Positions 47,832 through 58,313 are shown, counted from the first letter of the stretch. The stretch: DNA of 64,000 nt from Bacillota bacterium (GCA_023391105.1 JAEWBO010000013.1:10433-74432); one strand, 5' to 3'. Program-made: numbers and translations. Notes: generated from the letters alone by a model not told the origin.

Positions 47832-49000
47832 GCTTCTACCTCCATTGCACCTTGCCCCGCGTCCGATTGATAGAACGTCGGTTCATACCCAACTTGCTTT
47901 AAATACTCTTCTCTAACAATCTGTTTGAACGATTCGACCGAGTCCTTTTTCACAATGCTGATGTTGCAGCCTCCAAAGCCGCCACCGGTCATGCGCGATC
48001 CGATGACGCCGACTATCCTCGTTGCGATATCAAACAACGCATCGAGCTCTTTGCCTGTGGCTTCGTAGTCGTCCCTGATAGATACGTGCGCCTCTTTTAG
48101 CAGAGAACCAAAAGTCATAATATCACCTTGCTGAAGAGATATCAACGATTTAAGCGTCCTCTTTTCTTCGGTTACACAATGCCGCGCGCGCCTGTAAAGT
48201 GTTTCATTATCGAAAAAGCTTTTATATGTTTCCAGCTCCGTAATGCCGATCTCGCAAAGGTGCTTGTACTGGCCGCCGTGCTCATTGATAATCGCAAGCG
48301 CCTGATCGCATTCGCTGCGCCGTTGATTATATTGCGATTCCGTCAGCTTATGCGGCGCATTCGTGTTCGTGATGACAATCGTGTATTCGCCTAGCTCCAG
48401 CGGCACATATTGATAGTCCAATGTATCACAGTTTAAGAATATGGCATGTTTTCTTCTGCCGACCGCGGATATGAACTGGTCCATGATGCCGCAATTCATG
48501 CCCACATACTGATTCTCTGCCCTTTGACACAGCACGGCGATGTCTTCCATCACAGGCTGCTTGGTGCCGCCCAGTTTAGCAAGGCAAAGCGCCGTAGCCA
48601 CTTCGATAGAAGCAGACGATGAAAGCCCCGCTCCGTACGGAACGTTGCCGTGATACAACAGATCACATCCGATTAGCGGATACTCATCCTTCTGCAACAT
48701 GTAAGCCACACCGCACTGATAGTTGCCCCATTTCAGATCCTTGTAATTTAATAGATTGTCCAATCGGGCGGATACGCGATCCGGTAAATCTGTCACCGCC
48801 AAATTAAGCACATCTTGGCAGTTGGGCCGTGCCACAATGATATTCTTCAAATCCAGCGCGACGGGGAAAACGTGCCCGCCATTATAATCGATATGTTCAC
48901 CGATCAGGTTGATCCTGCCGGGCGCTTCGAATATTCGAATACCCTCTTCCGTGCCGCCATATATTTTAGTGAATTCACTTACCAGTTCAGTATATGTCAT
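47822..49000 (-). CDS. galK: galactokinase
   Basis: GRINLIGEHIDYNGG and GAGLSSSAS GHMP-kinase motifs. Confidence 0.95.
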   Translation of the reverse strand: MTYTELVSEFTKIYGGTEEGIRIFEAPGRINLIGEHIDYNGGHVFPVALDLKNIIVARPNCQDVLNLAVTDLPDRVSARLDNLLNYKDLKWGNYQCGVAYMLQKDEYPLIGCDLLYHGNVPYGAGLSSSASIEVATALCLAKLGGTKQPVMEDIAVLCQRAENQYVGMNCGIMDQFISAVGRRKHAIFLNCDTLDYQYVPLELGEYTIVITNTNAPHKLTESQYNQRRSECDQALAIINEHGGQYKHLCEIGITELETYKSFFDNETLYRRARHCVTEEKRTLKSLISLQQGDIMTFGSLLKEAHVSIRDDYEATGKELDALFDIATRIVGVIGSRMTGGGFGGCNISIVKKDSVESFKQIVREEYLKQVGYEPTFYQSDAGQGAMEVEAWR

Positions 49001-49971
49001 ATACCTGACCTCGTTATGTATTTTTGATACGCTTCTCTTAATTCAATCGCTTTTTCTTCAGGCGCTGTGGGGTTGCAGTGTGCGCCGGCTCCCGTTTCGC
49101 TGGAAGCGAGAAACTGCTGCTTGTCTTTAGAACGCATGGGCGGAAAGAACTCAATATGGAAATGAAAGCCCTCGATGTCATCCGTGTTGACAGGTGCGTT
49201 GTACATGCACATCATATACGGAAACGGCATATCAAAGAGATTGTCGTACATACCGACCGTGTTTCTCACAGTTGTTGCGAGAGAAGTTTTCTCCGCATCG
49301 CAGAAATCTGTAATGAACTTTTTATGTGTCTTGGATATGATTTGGGTGCCGTATGCGAACTCCGAAAAGTACGGGATGATAACGCTGAAATGCTCATCTT
49401 CAAATATGATGCGTTTTTGGAATTCTTGTTCGGCTTTTAGCCAATCACAGAAAAGACATTTACCCGTTTCCACGCGATATTTTTTCGCGCTGTCAAACTT
49501 CATCTCAACTTTTTTAGGCATAAAGGGGTAGGCGTAAACTTGGCCATGCGGATGGGGCATGGTGACGCCCACCACCTCTCCGCGATTTTCAAATATCATG
49601 ATGTATTTTGATTTTTCGTATTTTGAAAGCGCTTCAAAACGTTCGCACCAAAGATCGACCAATTTCCTCACATGCTCAATGGAAAGCTCCGGCAGCGTTG
49701 TATTATGCTCGGGCGAGTATAATATTACTTCGCATTTACCATATGACTTGTCCGCCTTGAAAAAATCGTTGGCCACATCATCAGGCTGCGGCGGATCGAT
49801 TGAAAGTGCAGGAAAGTCGTTATCGTACTTAAGCACATCAAATTCATCAGGTACCCTACCCGAGCCGGGACAAAAAGGGCACCAATCTTTTGGCATTTGC
49901 GGTCTGTTCTGCCTTGCTGATGCCACCATGACCCAGTCGTTCTTAAACGGGTTAAATCTAAGTTCTGCCAT
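48997..49971 (-). CDS. galT: galactose-1-phosphate uridylyltransferase (HxHxQ type)
   Basis: CPFCPG zinc motif and the HPHGQVYAYPF active site. It overlaps galK by 4 nt. Confidence 0.95.
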   Translation of the reverse strand: MAELRFNPFKNDWVMVASARQNRPQMPKDWCPFCPGSGRVPDEFDVLKYDNDFPALSIDPPQPDDVANDFFKADKSYGKCEVILYSPEHNTTLPELSIEHVRKLVDLWCERFEALSKYEKSKYIMIFENRGEVVGVTMPHPHGQVYAYPFMPKKVEMKFDSAKKYRVETGKCLFCDWLKAEQEFQKRIIFEDEHFSVIIPYFSEFAYGTQIISKTHKKFITDFCDAEKTSLATTVRNTVGMYDNLFDMPFPYMMCMYNAPVNTDDIEGFHFHIEFFPPMRSKDKQQFLASSETGAGAHCNPTAPEEKAIELREAYQKYITRSGI

Positions 49972-50100
49972 TTCCTGCCTCGTCTTATATAGTTAATGTA
50001 TATACTATCCTAATGGAAAAGATCGTTAAAATCAATATTAAATATTGAGGTTCGTTAAAATACGCAACGATACGTACATAAACAAAAATTGTTTAGAACT

Positions 50101-50589
50101 TCAGAAGTATACATGCTGTGCCTTTAATGTATAACCACATTCTATTATACCAAATGAGTATTGCTTATTACGCCGCTTATTTGTGGGAGAACCAGGATTA
50201 AACAGCAATATCTGATCATGATACGCACAATAAGGCATATGACTGTGGCCAAATATGATGCAATCTATAGATCTATCCTTGAAACACGATATTGCTCTTT
50301 CTAATGTATTACCTTTGCTGCCATGCCCATGAAAAACACCGATGCAAAAGCGGCCAAAGCTTACTGTTTTATTTTCGCCCAAAAGTTTTTTCAGCTCTGG
50401 CGGATCAACATTGCCTGCAACAGCCGTCACAGGAGCCAATGTTTCAAGCTGGCGAATGACGTCAAGGCTTACAATATCACCAGCGTGAATGATATGGTCT
50501 ACATCCTTGAACTTATCAATTAAAAACTCGGGGAGTTCTTTTGCTTTGCTTGGGATATGTGTGTCTGCCAGCACACCAATTTTAACCAT
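50101..50589 (-). CDS. YfcE/MJ0936-family metallophosphoesterase
   Basis: LADTH, GDIVS, GNVD, HGH and GHSH motifs in order. Confidence 0.85.
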   Translation of the reverse strand: MVKIGVLADTHIPSKAKELPEFLIDKFKDVDHIIHAGDIVSLDVIRQLETLAPVTAVAGNVDPPELKKLLGENKTVSFGRFCIGVFHGHGSKGNTLERAISCFKDRSIDCIIFGHSHMPYCAYHDQILLFNPGSPTNKRRNKQYSFGIIECGYTLKAQHVYF

Positions 50590-50591
50590 AA

Positions 50592-51431
50592 TTACAAGAG
50601 CAGGCGTTGAATCTCGTCTGCATCAAAGCCGTATATTTTTCCGCATTTGTTGCATCTCACTTCGATATTTTGATTCTCCTTAAGTGTCCACTGCAGATCG
50701 CTGGCGCCAAGACTAAGCAGCGTTTCCAGAATCATTTCCTTGCTGCAGGTGCACATCAGCCGGACAGGAAACCGTTCCACAACATCAGCATCGGAAAACA
50801 CCGTCTCTACAAGCTTATCTAAAGAAATGTGAGGATCAGTGAACGCCTGCGCGTCAGATTCAATGCGGTTTTCCCATTCGGTCATCAAAGTGCTTTCTGC
50901 AAAAGGCAGGGCTTGAATCAGCACACCGCGGCTAAGCGAAAGCATGGCATTCTGTATGTTTTGAAAATAACGGAATGTCGTCTTGGTTTGTTCACTTTGC
51001 GTGAAGTAGTGCGCCAGATTATTTGAGATGTTGTTGCACTGTATCTCGACAATTCCGGTAAAAATGGTGCCTTGTCCATTATCCCGGATAATTTTCAAAC
51101 ATCCGCTCGTGCCGATCATTGATTTTAAATCAGCAAAATCATTCTCGCGAAGAACATCTGAGGCATAGCCCTGTATGTTACCGTTCGCTTCCGCGCCGCA
51201 AATCAAAAATGCTGAAGCATCTGAAGTTTCAAGTTTTATAGTTATCCGTTTTGCATTTGTCATTATACCGCGCAAGATACAGCAAAACGTCATTACAGTA
51301 TAAAAGACCTCGGAAGCAACGTCACTCTTAAAATGATTGGCTTCAAGTTCATTTAGCAGGAAAGTGTTATCAACTAGATAGATGCGTGCCTGCTTATCTT
51401 TTGTCAGCAGCTTATACAAGAACGTTTCCAA
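50592..51431 (-). CDS. hslO: redox-regulated chaperone Hsp33
   Basis: C-terminal zinc centre CTCS...CNKCG and an Hsp33-type N-domain. Confidence 0.88.
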   Translation of the reverse strand: METFLYKLLTKDKQARIYLVDNTFLLNELEANHFKSDVASEVFYTVMTFCCILRGIMTNAKRITIKLETSDASAFLICGAEANGNIQGYASDVLRENDFADLKSMIGTSGCLKIIRDNGQGTIFTGIVEIQCNNISNNLAHYFTQSEQTKTTFRYFQNIQNAMLSLSRGVLIQALPFAESTLMTEWENRIESDAQAFTDPHISLDKLVETVFSDADVVERFPVRLMCTCSKEMILETLLSLGASDLQWTLKENQNIEVRCNKCGKIYGFDADEIQRLLL

Positions 51432-51465
51432 ACTGTAAATGCCTCCATTTTTATCAATTCACAAA

Positions 51466-52329
51466 TCACGGCTTTTGTTTTCGTATGTACTTTATAACCT
51501 CCATGCCTGCCACGGCTCCTTGATAAACCGCTTTTGCGATCTGCATCTTTCCGCCGGTGCAGTCCCCCGCAGCATAGAGTCCGGGAATATTGGTGGCCAT
51601 ATTTTCATCAACAACGATTTTAAGGCCTTCCGTCTCTGCGCCAAGCTTCTTAGCAAGATCGCTGCTGCCGGCCACACCGATAGCCACAAATACGCCGGCC
51701 ACATTAAGAGCGCTTCCATCTAAAAATTTCACACTGCATAAAGTTTCTTCACCTTCAAAGGATGCTATTTCTGACTCAATAATCTGAACTTCTTTTGGAA
51801 TCTCAGGAATTGCTCGTACTCCGTTTGTCAGCAGCGTCACAGATTTCACGATAGGAAGCAGTTCTATCGCCTCATGGAGTGCGTATTCACAGCATCCAAG
51901 CACAGCGACATCTTTGCCCTTATAGAAAAATGCATCACATGTCGCACAATAGCTGATCCCCTGCCCCTCAAACCGGGTAAACCCTTCGATTTTTGGCGCT
52001 GTTCGATTTGAGCCTGTGGCAATAATCACGCTTTGCCCCCGATATTCATTGTTATTGGTTTTGACAGTGAAGCCCTCCTCATAACCGATATTGACAACCT
52101 GATCGCTTAAGATTTGCGCGCCAAATCTCTGTGCTTGCAAAATGCCGTCAGCAATAAGCTTTTCACCCGAAACCGGTGTCGAAAAACCGTAGTAGTTTTC
52201 AATTTTGTCGGCTTTTGATAAAGCACCGCCGCTCTCACCGATAACCAACGTTTGAAGCCTTGCACGCGATGTATAGATACCGGCTGATATACCCGCCGGT
52301 CCTGTTCCGATAATGATCACATCATGCAT
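51466..52329 (-). CDS. thioredoxin-reductase-like flavoprotein lacking NADPH-binding signatures (FFTR-like candidate)
   Basis: GTGPAG FAD motif and a CATC redox disulfide. The NADPH-site GGGNxA is replaced by GCCEYA, and HRRxxxR is replaced by LTNGVRA. Confidence 0.8.
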   Translation of the reverse strand: MHDVIIIGTGPAGISAGIYTSRARLQTLVIGESGGALSKADKIENYYGFSTPVSGEKLIADGILQAQRFGAQILSDQVVNIGYEEGFTVKTNNNEYRGQSVIIATGSNRTAPKIEGFTRFEGQGISYCATCDAFFYKGKDVAVLGCCEYALHEAIELLPIVKSVTLLTNGVRAIPEIPKEVQIIESEIASFEGEETLCSVKFLDGSALNVAGVFVAIGVAGSSDLAKKLGAETEGLKIVVDENMATNIPGLYAAGDCTGGKMQIAKAVYQGAVAGMEVIKYIRKQKP

Positions 52330-52636
52330 AATTTTACCCCCTATTCGTTTTAGTATTTCCGCCTATTCAACAGTCATGCCTGTGAGATTATTTCTATGAT
52401 AACTCGAACCATGATAACAGACCACCGACTAGCTTAAAAATACAAACGTTTCTTCAAAGTATAGCTTTGTTAAAGGATGTATGCAACAATATGCGGATAT
52501 TTAACCTTCTGCAGATGAAAAAAGAACAGGTTGCTGAAAGTTACCGATATCAATGAACGATCATAAGTAAGACTGCCCCGTTAGCTATACCAACAGGGCG
52601 GCTAATAAATTATATATGATTTTTCTAGCGAAGTAG

Positions 52637-53353
52637 TTATTCTCCTTGAATGCGCTTCAAGTTGCTTATGGCCAGTTCGCCTGCCTGTTTGAGAGTTTCC
52701 GCTGTTTTAGCGGGGTCAGCACAGCTCATTAGAATGACTATACAATGCTCACCTGAAAGTATGCTTATCCCCTGCGCTGAAATGAAAATATCGTCTCCTA
52801 TACGACCCGTCAATGCGGTGTTTGGGTCGGAAAAAAGCTTCTTTAAACCTTCATACAGTGTTTTAGGCGACATTTCCCCGCCACCCTCGCCTCCCGAACT
52901 GCTTTGCTGCCCGGATTCGGAGCTGCCAGATTTTGAGCCGCTGGTTTCACTGGGCTCGCTTGATTGTCCTGATTGTTCTTCACCACCCTGCTTTAAAGCA
53001 CTGTTCTGTATTAAACAGACTTGCAGATAGCTCTTGGAATCTGACTTTTCAGGGGCATAAAAGCACGTGCTCAAGCCTAGCAAAGGATACTTTTCATTCA
53101 CTCCGGCTTTTACAGACTCACCGACAAGTTTGACGGCCTCCTCTTTGGATATCAGTTGCTCTGGTTTTATCTGTTGACTTTGAGAGCTTTCTGAGCCTGA
53201 AGCTTGCATACCTGCTGAGCTGCTGGCCCCGGGCGACTGCGATTTTTCAGGCTGAACTGTAGCGGATGCGCCTTCTGAATTCCCCTGGGAACAGCCCGGT
53301 ATTATTAAAACGAGAATTAAAAATGCTAATATCAGGCATATGGTTTTCTTCAT
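52637..53353 (-). CDS. lipoprotein of unknown function with S/G/Q/E-rich low-complexity linkers
   Basis: Start at the ATG at 53353 (MKKTICLILAFLILVLIIPGCS lipobox) after AAGAGGA. The track ORF extends to 53473. Confidence 0.7.
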   Translation of the reverse strand: MKKTICLILAFLILVLIIPGCSQGNSEGASATVQPEKSQSPGASSSAGMQASGSESSQSQQIKPEQLISKEEAVKLVGESVKAGVNEKYPLLGLSTCFYAPEKSDSKSYLQVCLIQNSALKQGGEEQSGQSSEPSETSGSKSGSSESGQQSSSGGEGGGEMSPKTLYEGLKKLFSDPNTALTGRIGDDIFISAQGISILSGEHCIVILMSCADPAKTAETLKQAGELAISNLKRIQGE

Positions 53354-53680
53354 GTTTTGATCCTCTTTCTTTGACAATCTTAGTCTTAAGTTTGTCACAA
53401 AACCTGAAAAATATACGTTTTCATCCAGTCTGCCGCCATTTACGATTACGACGCAGAACCCATATATTAGCAAACAACAGAGCTTTTGAAATTGGGAAAC
53501 ACAAAGGTAGAGTGCTCTCGTAAAAAAACACTTTTTCGGACAATTTACTAAGCAATTCGTTTCAGACCCTATCCATCCAGCATTTCAGCCACTGCTTAGG
53601 GCTGAGGTTTTTAGCGATGCTTGTTTGTACACGCTTCCGAAGTGCTTTTTTCTTGATTAACATAAGAGTCGTAAATAAAC

Positions 53681-54469
53681 CTAAATCATCCTATTTTTAC
53701 GAAAAACTGCAGTCATAAAACGCCATGATGCCTTTCTGTTTGTCAGCCAAGCGATATGAGCGTCGTTTTTGGTGTTATTGATTATCCTTGGTATGAAAAA
53801 TTTTGCGACCGTTTCAGGCTTATCTCCCAATATATTAAATATCCTTTTAAATTTCTCATCTGCGATGACCTCGGACTGCTCACCGTCCGGCGTTTTTGTG
53901 ATAAAGTCGGTCAGCATCATGCCGGGAGATAATCGTCCTGCTATTACACCAGTACCCTCCAGTTCCTTCGCAAGCCCTTTCATAAAATAGGTTAATGCAC
54001 GCTTGGTCGTACCGTATAATATTGTTTTAATCTGTATCAAGTTGTTAGAGCCCAGACCCTCCATGCTATATATCGCACCATGCCCTTGTTTGATCATCCC
54101 CGCTGCTGCGATCTGCGCACCATATATCAGGCCAGTAATATTAGTTTTAATAACGTCTTCGGTATAGATTTCGTCCGTTTCCCATGAAAACTTGTGCGGC
54201 GTGTTTTGCCCCGCATTATTAATCCAGATATCGATCCTCCCCCACTCTGCCAAAGATGCATCCCAGAGATTTTTCAAACTTGCTTTTTCCTGGACGTTGC
54301 AAGAAATATAGATGTACTTCCCCTCAAAAGGCGATAGTGCTGTGAGGGTCGTTTCCGCCAGCACTTCACCCCTGCCAGACAGCGTGACATTACATCCAGC
54401 CTGCAGAAACTCCCTTGCCATTGAAAAACCAATGCCGCGGGTACTGCCGGTTATCACCACATTTTTCAT
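53681..54469 (-). CDS. short-chain dehydrogenase/reductase (SDR)
   Basis: VVITGSTRGIG cofactor motif, NNAG and YGTTK catalytic motifs. Confidence 0.85.
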   Translation of the reverse strand: MKNVVITGSTRGIGFSMAREFLQAGCNVTLSGRGEVLAETTLTALSPFEGKYIYISCNVQEKASLKNLWDASLAEWGRIDIWINNAGQNTPHKFSWETDEIYTEDVIKTNITGLIYGAQIAAAGMIKQGHGAIYSMEGLGSNNLIQIKTILYGTTKRALTYFMKGLAKELEGTGVIAGRLSPGMMLTDFITKTPDGEQSEVIADEKFKRIFNILGDKPETVAKFFIPRIINNTKNDAHIAWLTNRKASWRFMTAVFRKNRMI

Positions 54470-54642
54470 AAATAGCACTCCTTATTTCATTTGCAAGATC
54501 AGTAACAAATTAATTTACCGTATTATACCACAAAGATCCATACTCCAGATGTTGCAATTGTAATATGCGGGCACGACCTCAATGAGCATTGCAACGTCAT
54601 AGTTTTTTGATAAGATAACTAATAATATTGCAGAGAACGAGC

Positions 54643-54670
54643 AAGGCACTCTAAATGTTTAGAGTGCCTT
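54643..54670. terminator. perfect 13-bp hairpin AAGGCACTCTAAA/TTTAGAGTGCCTT (member of the AAGGCAC hairpin family)
   Basis: Read directly. It lies 36 bp downstream of the PTPS-like gene. Confidence 0.6.
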
Positions 54671-54705
54671 CTTTGTTAAAACGAAGTTTAGAGTATCAAT
54701 TTATA

Positions 54706-55269
54706 CTATTTCTTGTATCCGCATTTGGGGCATACACCATTTTCGTTAAGCGTAATGCCGCATAACGGGCAGCGATCCATAGCCTTTTTGGGCTCGTATT
54801 CTTCTATAGCGCCATTTACTCCGCTTGTAAACGTGATCTTGACAATATTCAGTTTATCCTTAAGCAGATCGTAAACGATTTTAATCATGCCTTCAACGGT
54901 CATTGTTTCTTTCGTAACAACCAATCGGCATTCCGGATATGCTGTTGCAAGCTCCGTTTTGAAAGCCGGACCTTTTTGCTTATTGGTTGGTGCACCGTTC
55001 TTAATGCCTTGTGCTTCGTAAACGTCGAGAATCGCGGGAAGCAAGGGATCGTCTTCCCTTAAAACAAGAGCATGATCGAAGTTCTGCAAAACTTCCCAGG
55101 CGGTTTTTTGGATTTCATTACAGGGGAATACCATATTGACTCCCATGTTAACAGTATCTTCAACCTCAAGTGTCAATATTCCCGTATGCCCGTGCAGATA
55201 CTGTGCTTCGCCCTTGAACCCATAGAACCTGTGTGCATACTGTAAGTCTAGTGTGGTAAAACTCCTCAT
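54706..55269 (-). CDS. 6-pyruvoyl-tetrahydropterin synthase/QueD-family protein with C-terminal zinc-ribbon
   Basis: HRFYGFKGEAQYLHGHTG (HGH zinc site) and a C-terminal CPLCG...CPKCG. Confidence 0.7.
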   Translation of the reverse strand: MRSFTTLDLQYAHRFYGFKGEAQYLHGHTGILTLEVEDTVNMGVNMVFPCNEIQKTAWEVLQNFDHALVLREDDPLLPAILDVYEAQGIKNGAPTNKQKGPAFKTELATAYPECRLVVTKETMTVEGMIKIVYDLLKDKLNIVKITFTSGVNGAIEEYEPKKAMDRCPLCGITLNENGVCPKCGYKK

Positions 55270-55412
55270 ACTTATTCTCCTTGTGTTATATATTTACGGG
55301 TGTTTAATGCTCCCGCATGCGCATTTAGTTGAGCGGAAATAGCTTAGCGCGAGTGAAAAAGTAATGACAACAGCATTTATAATGCTTTGTATACGCTATA
55401 TCAGCCCCCGAA

Positions 55413-55853
55413 TTATTCTTTGTCCAGATTATCGTCACTTTCAGGTTTGCCAATTGATCCTCTCCTTAATGAATCATGTATACATTCATGGCAGGTACCC
55501 TTGAAAATTATATCATGGCCGATAAACTCAAACCCGTGAGTATCCTTAATGTTCTTTTCCAAATCCGCTATTAACTCCATTTCCACATCAAAGACTCGGC
55601 CGCACTTTACGCATATTGCGTGATAATGCTCGTGGCATAGATGGTCGAAACGGTCGGCTCCGCTTGGCATTTGCACTTTACGGATTTCGCCGATATCAGA
55701 CAGAAGGTTCAGATTCCGATATACCGTCCCTTTGCTGATATGGGGGTGTTTCTTCACGATCGTATTGTAGACCTCATCAGCGGTGACATGACACCGTAAC
55801 TCTTTTACCACTTCAAGAACCAAAGATCGCTGAGTGGTGTTGCGCTTATTCAT
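55413..55853 (-). CDS. Fur-family metalloregulator (PerR/Zur-like)
   Basis: TTQRSLVLEVV, HxH block HLCHEHYHAIC and the CxxC pairs CVKCG and CHEC. Start at the ATG at 55853. Confidence 0.85.
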   Translation of the reverse strand: MNKRNTTQRSLVLEVVKELRCHVTADEVYNTIVKKHPHISKGTVYRNLNLLSDIGEIRKVQMPSGADRFDHLCHEHYHAICVKCGRVFDVEMELIADLEKNIKDTHGFEFIGHDIIFKGTCHECIHDSLRRGSIGKPESDDNLDKE

Positions 55854-56000
55854 AATATAATCGCCCTTATTGATACGGAATGCTTTAATAGTATTATATC
55901 TCAATAAGCATATTTTAATCAATAGTACTACGAGAAAAATTTAAGATCCAATCTTTTACACTGCCGCCGACTTGGTAATCGTTTTGCTCTGTGTCCTTGC

Positions 56001-56118
56001 GAAGACCGACGATGTAACAGATTTACCGTGGAATTTAAATCTGGCGTAACGGTAGATGTAAATGTGTAAAGGTAAAAAAGAGAAAGGCACTCTTAGCGAA
56101 AATTACGTAGGGTGCCTT
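56001..56118 (+). repeat. repeat copy A: degenerate gene 3'-end fragment (..FTVEFKSGVTVDVNV*) plus AAGGCAC hairpin
   Basis: About 80% identical over the core to copies at 58111-58183 and 62641-62759. The hairpin at 56084-56118 also serves as a minus-strand terminator (T-run at 56074-56080). Confidence 0.7.
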
Positions 56119-56161
56119 GTTTCACTACATGAGAAATCACGATTTCACATGACCAAGCCTG

Positions 56162-57646
56162 TCAATTCAAAAACCACTTAAGTTTTTTATTAGCCTGCCT
56201 CTGGGTTTTATTGCTCAACTTACCGGTAATAAAGGTTTTTTCTGCAGCGCCCTTCATGCTTGTAAAGGTGACCGTTACAGTTCCGGTTGCCGCATCTAAT
56301 ACCCAATCGGTCTGCACATCCGTATAGGTTTTTCCACTAACGCTGTAGGAACCCACACCCTCTGCAACCGCTTTGCTGCCGCCGATGGTGACCATGTTGA
56401 ACGTAGCTGACATGGTACCTATTCCCTGCTCGTTCAAGGACGCGACCCAAAAGGCCGGGTTGCGCACGATTGCATCGTTACAGATCATATATAAATCACC
56501 ATAGCCCTCAGGTCCCCAAGTGTAAAACTTGATCCATATCTTTCCCTTAAAGAGATACTCTTCAGCACCGGTCTCCGGGTTTTTGGTTACAGGCTGCTCT
56601 ACAAGCTTTGCGCGCAGATGGAGTTGCAGCGGAAGACCCGCCGCGGAGGTAGTAAACAGAATCTCATCGAACTCGATGGTCTGAACGAAATTCTTTCCGG
56701 CACTTTGCTGCGTTCTTTCCCTCTCCATCTTTTCGCTGAGCTCTTTGGATTGCTTAATCAGCCGCTCGTGAGATTCCTTACTGATGACTCCTGCGTTTAT
56801 GTCTGGCGTGGGAATTGCCGCGCCGTACCCTACCGTGGAAAAATGCTCAACTGCGCCCGTAATCATGAAAATATCGCCCAACCTTGTTACCTCTGCCCAT
56901 GCGTATTCCATCTCGCCATTTTCCCCAAAGCTTTTGATAACAACGTCGTCGCCAGGATCATCCTTGGTCAGGAAAGTAATAATTGCATAGTCGTTGAGCG
57001 TAACATGTGTTTCGCCTCCAGATCCGAGCGAAAACCCGCCCTTGAAAAAAACTTCCGGCAAAACGGTCGTTTCTACCGGGGTGACCGTAAACGTCGTATC
57101 CGTATCCACACAGTACTCTGACACTTCGATGATAACCGTAGTTTCGCCGCTCGCAAGCTCCAGCCTGCCGCCCAATGAGGGCTGGTTGCTTCCCGAATTC
57201 CAGTCGGCGGGCAGTTCCGGCGTTTCTTGGGAACCCGAAGTACCTTGCTGCTCCTGCGCATCCTGTTGCGCCTGCGCAGCTGCCAACGCCTCCTCCAGCT
57301 GCCGCTCTAACTCATCCTCATCAATATTCCCGAGTTCATCTTCGGGCGTGACTCCGCTCTGCGCGGAAATATCGATGGCATCGTACTCTCCCCATGGATA
57401 TTCGTAAGTGTCTCCTTCATCCGGAATAGCCGCTTTCACTGTAAATTGCAAGGCGTTGGTCTCATCGTAAGTAAACAATCCCTCCCAGGCATTACCGGAA
57501 TGCGCGCTGTTTTGCTCTACCGGTGCCGTAACCGGCGCATCACTTTGTAGCGTTTGGACAGGGCTGCTTATGCTTTTTTCGGAGCAGCTCATCAGCGTTG
57601 TAATTAAAAAGGTAAGAACTAAGATGTATGCAACTGTTTTCTTCAT
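56162..57646 (-). CDS. lipoprotein of unknown function (494 aa)
   Basis: Lipobox LITTLMSC. An acidic E/D/Q-rich linker is followed by a beta-rich C-terminal region. Confidence 0.75.
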   Translation of the reverse strand: MKKTVAYILVLTFLITTLMSCSEKSISSPVQTLQSDAPVTAPVEQNSAHSGNAWEGLFTYDETNALQFTVKAAIPDEGDTYEYPWGEYDAIDISAQSGVTPEDELGNIDEDELERQLEEALAAAQAQQDAQEQQGTSGSQETPELPADWNSGSNQPSLGGRLELASGETTVIIEVSEYCVDTDTTFTVTPVETTVLPEVFFKGGFSLGSGGETHVTLNDYAIITFLTKDDPGDDVVIKSFGENGEMEYAWAEVTRLGDIFMITGAVEHFSTVGYGAAIPTPDINAGVISKESHERLIKQSKELSEKMERERTQQSAGKNFVQTIEFDEILFTTSAAGLPLQLHLRAKLVEQPVTKNPETGAEEYLFKGKIWIKFYTWGPEGYGDLYMICNDAIVRNPAFWVASLNEQGIGTMSATFNMVTIGGSKAVAEGVGSYSVSGKTYTDVQTDWVLDAATGTVTVTFTSMKGAAEKTFITGKLSNKTQRQANKKLKWFLN

Positions 57647-58110
57647 AAATAGCCTCCTTTAGAACGTTCTACCGTGTCCGGAGATGGCGAATGTTCAATT
57701 GTGTGCACCCTCAGCCTTGCTTATCTTACTTTATACTCTTAAGAGCGAGCCGAGACAACCTATCCCATCAGTAAAACCGCATAAATAACCCATCAATTGG
57801 TAGCTCGGTTAAAATATATCCTACGTCAGTTAGCATGTCAAGGATATCGAGCGATATAATAGGCCGTGCATAGAGTCACGGCCTAGGCTATTTCGCCATA
57901 GGTAAGCATCCCTTTATGTGCAATTATTGCGGGGACACATAAGGTGCGAATTTGGGTGCTCTGATTGAGTGGAGGGTGCAAGATGTTGCAAGAGTTTCAT
58001 GTTGAAATGCCAACCGTGATAAACTCAAAAAGCGCATGGCCGATTGCGCGCATTCCTAAAGAGTACCCCACCGCCCTCGCTGAATACATGAGCAACTTGT
58101 CCGGCGGCCG

Positions 58111-58183
58111 ATTGAAAAAGTCACCGTCTACGAAGACAAATTCAATGGAATTCAAGTCCGGCGTGACGGTGGATGTAGATGAA
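58111..58183 (+). pseudogene. repeat copy B: frameshifted fragment (IEKVTVYEDKF / MEFKSGVTVDVDE) of the same gene 3' end
   Basis: It aligns to copy C with a 1-nt deletion. It is embedded in the 57965..58279 track ORF, which has no SD and no recognisable domain. Confidence 0.55.
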
Positions 58184-58313
58184 CACAGGCAAAAGTATAT
58201 AAGGTTAGAGTTTTTACAGTATCCTGCGACAGGACGGCGCGAACAGCAACCACGCTGGGCGCATGACATTGACCGATAAATGAGCAAAGCGGTTTATATG
58301 AAAAGAGCTTAAA

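Noticed and set aside
46866-47870. 334-aa plus-strand ORF, with nested 46873..47067 and 47587..47916.
   Set aside because: It lies entirely antisense to galE, whose product has unmistakable motifs. The translation is low-complexity and Arg/His-rich with no SD, so it is a shadow ORF.
57965-58279. 104-aa plus-strand ORF in the gap after the lipoprotein gene.
   Set aside because: It has no SD and no recognisable domain. It merely reads through the frameshifted repeat copy B, so I treat it as pseudogene debris rather than a gene.
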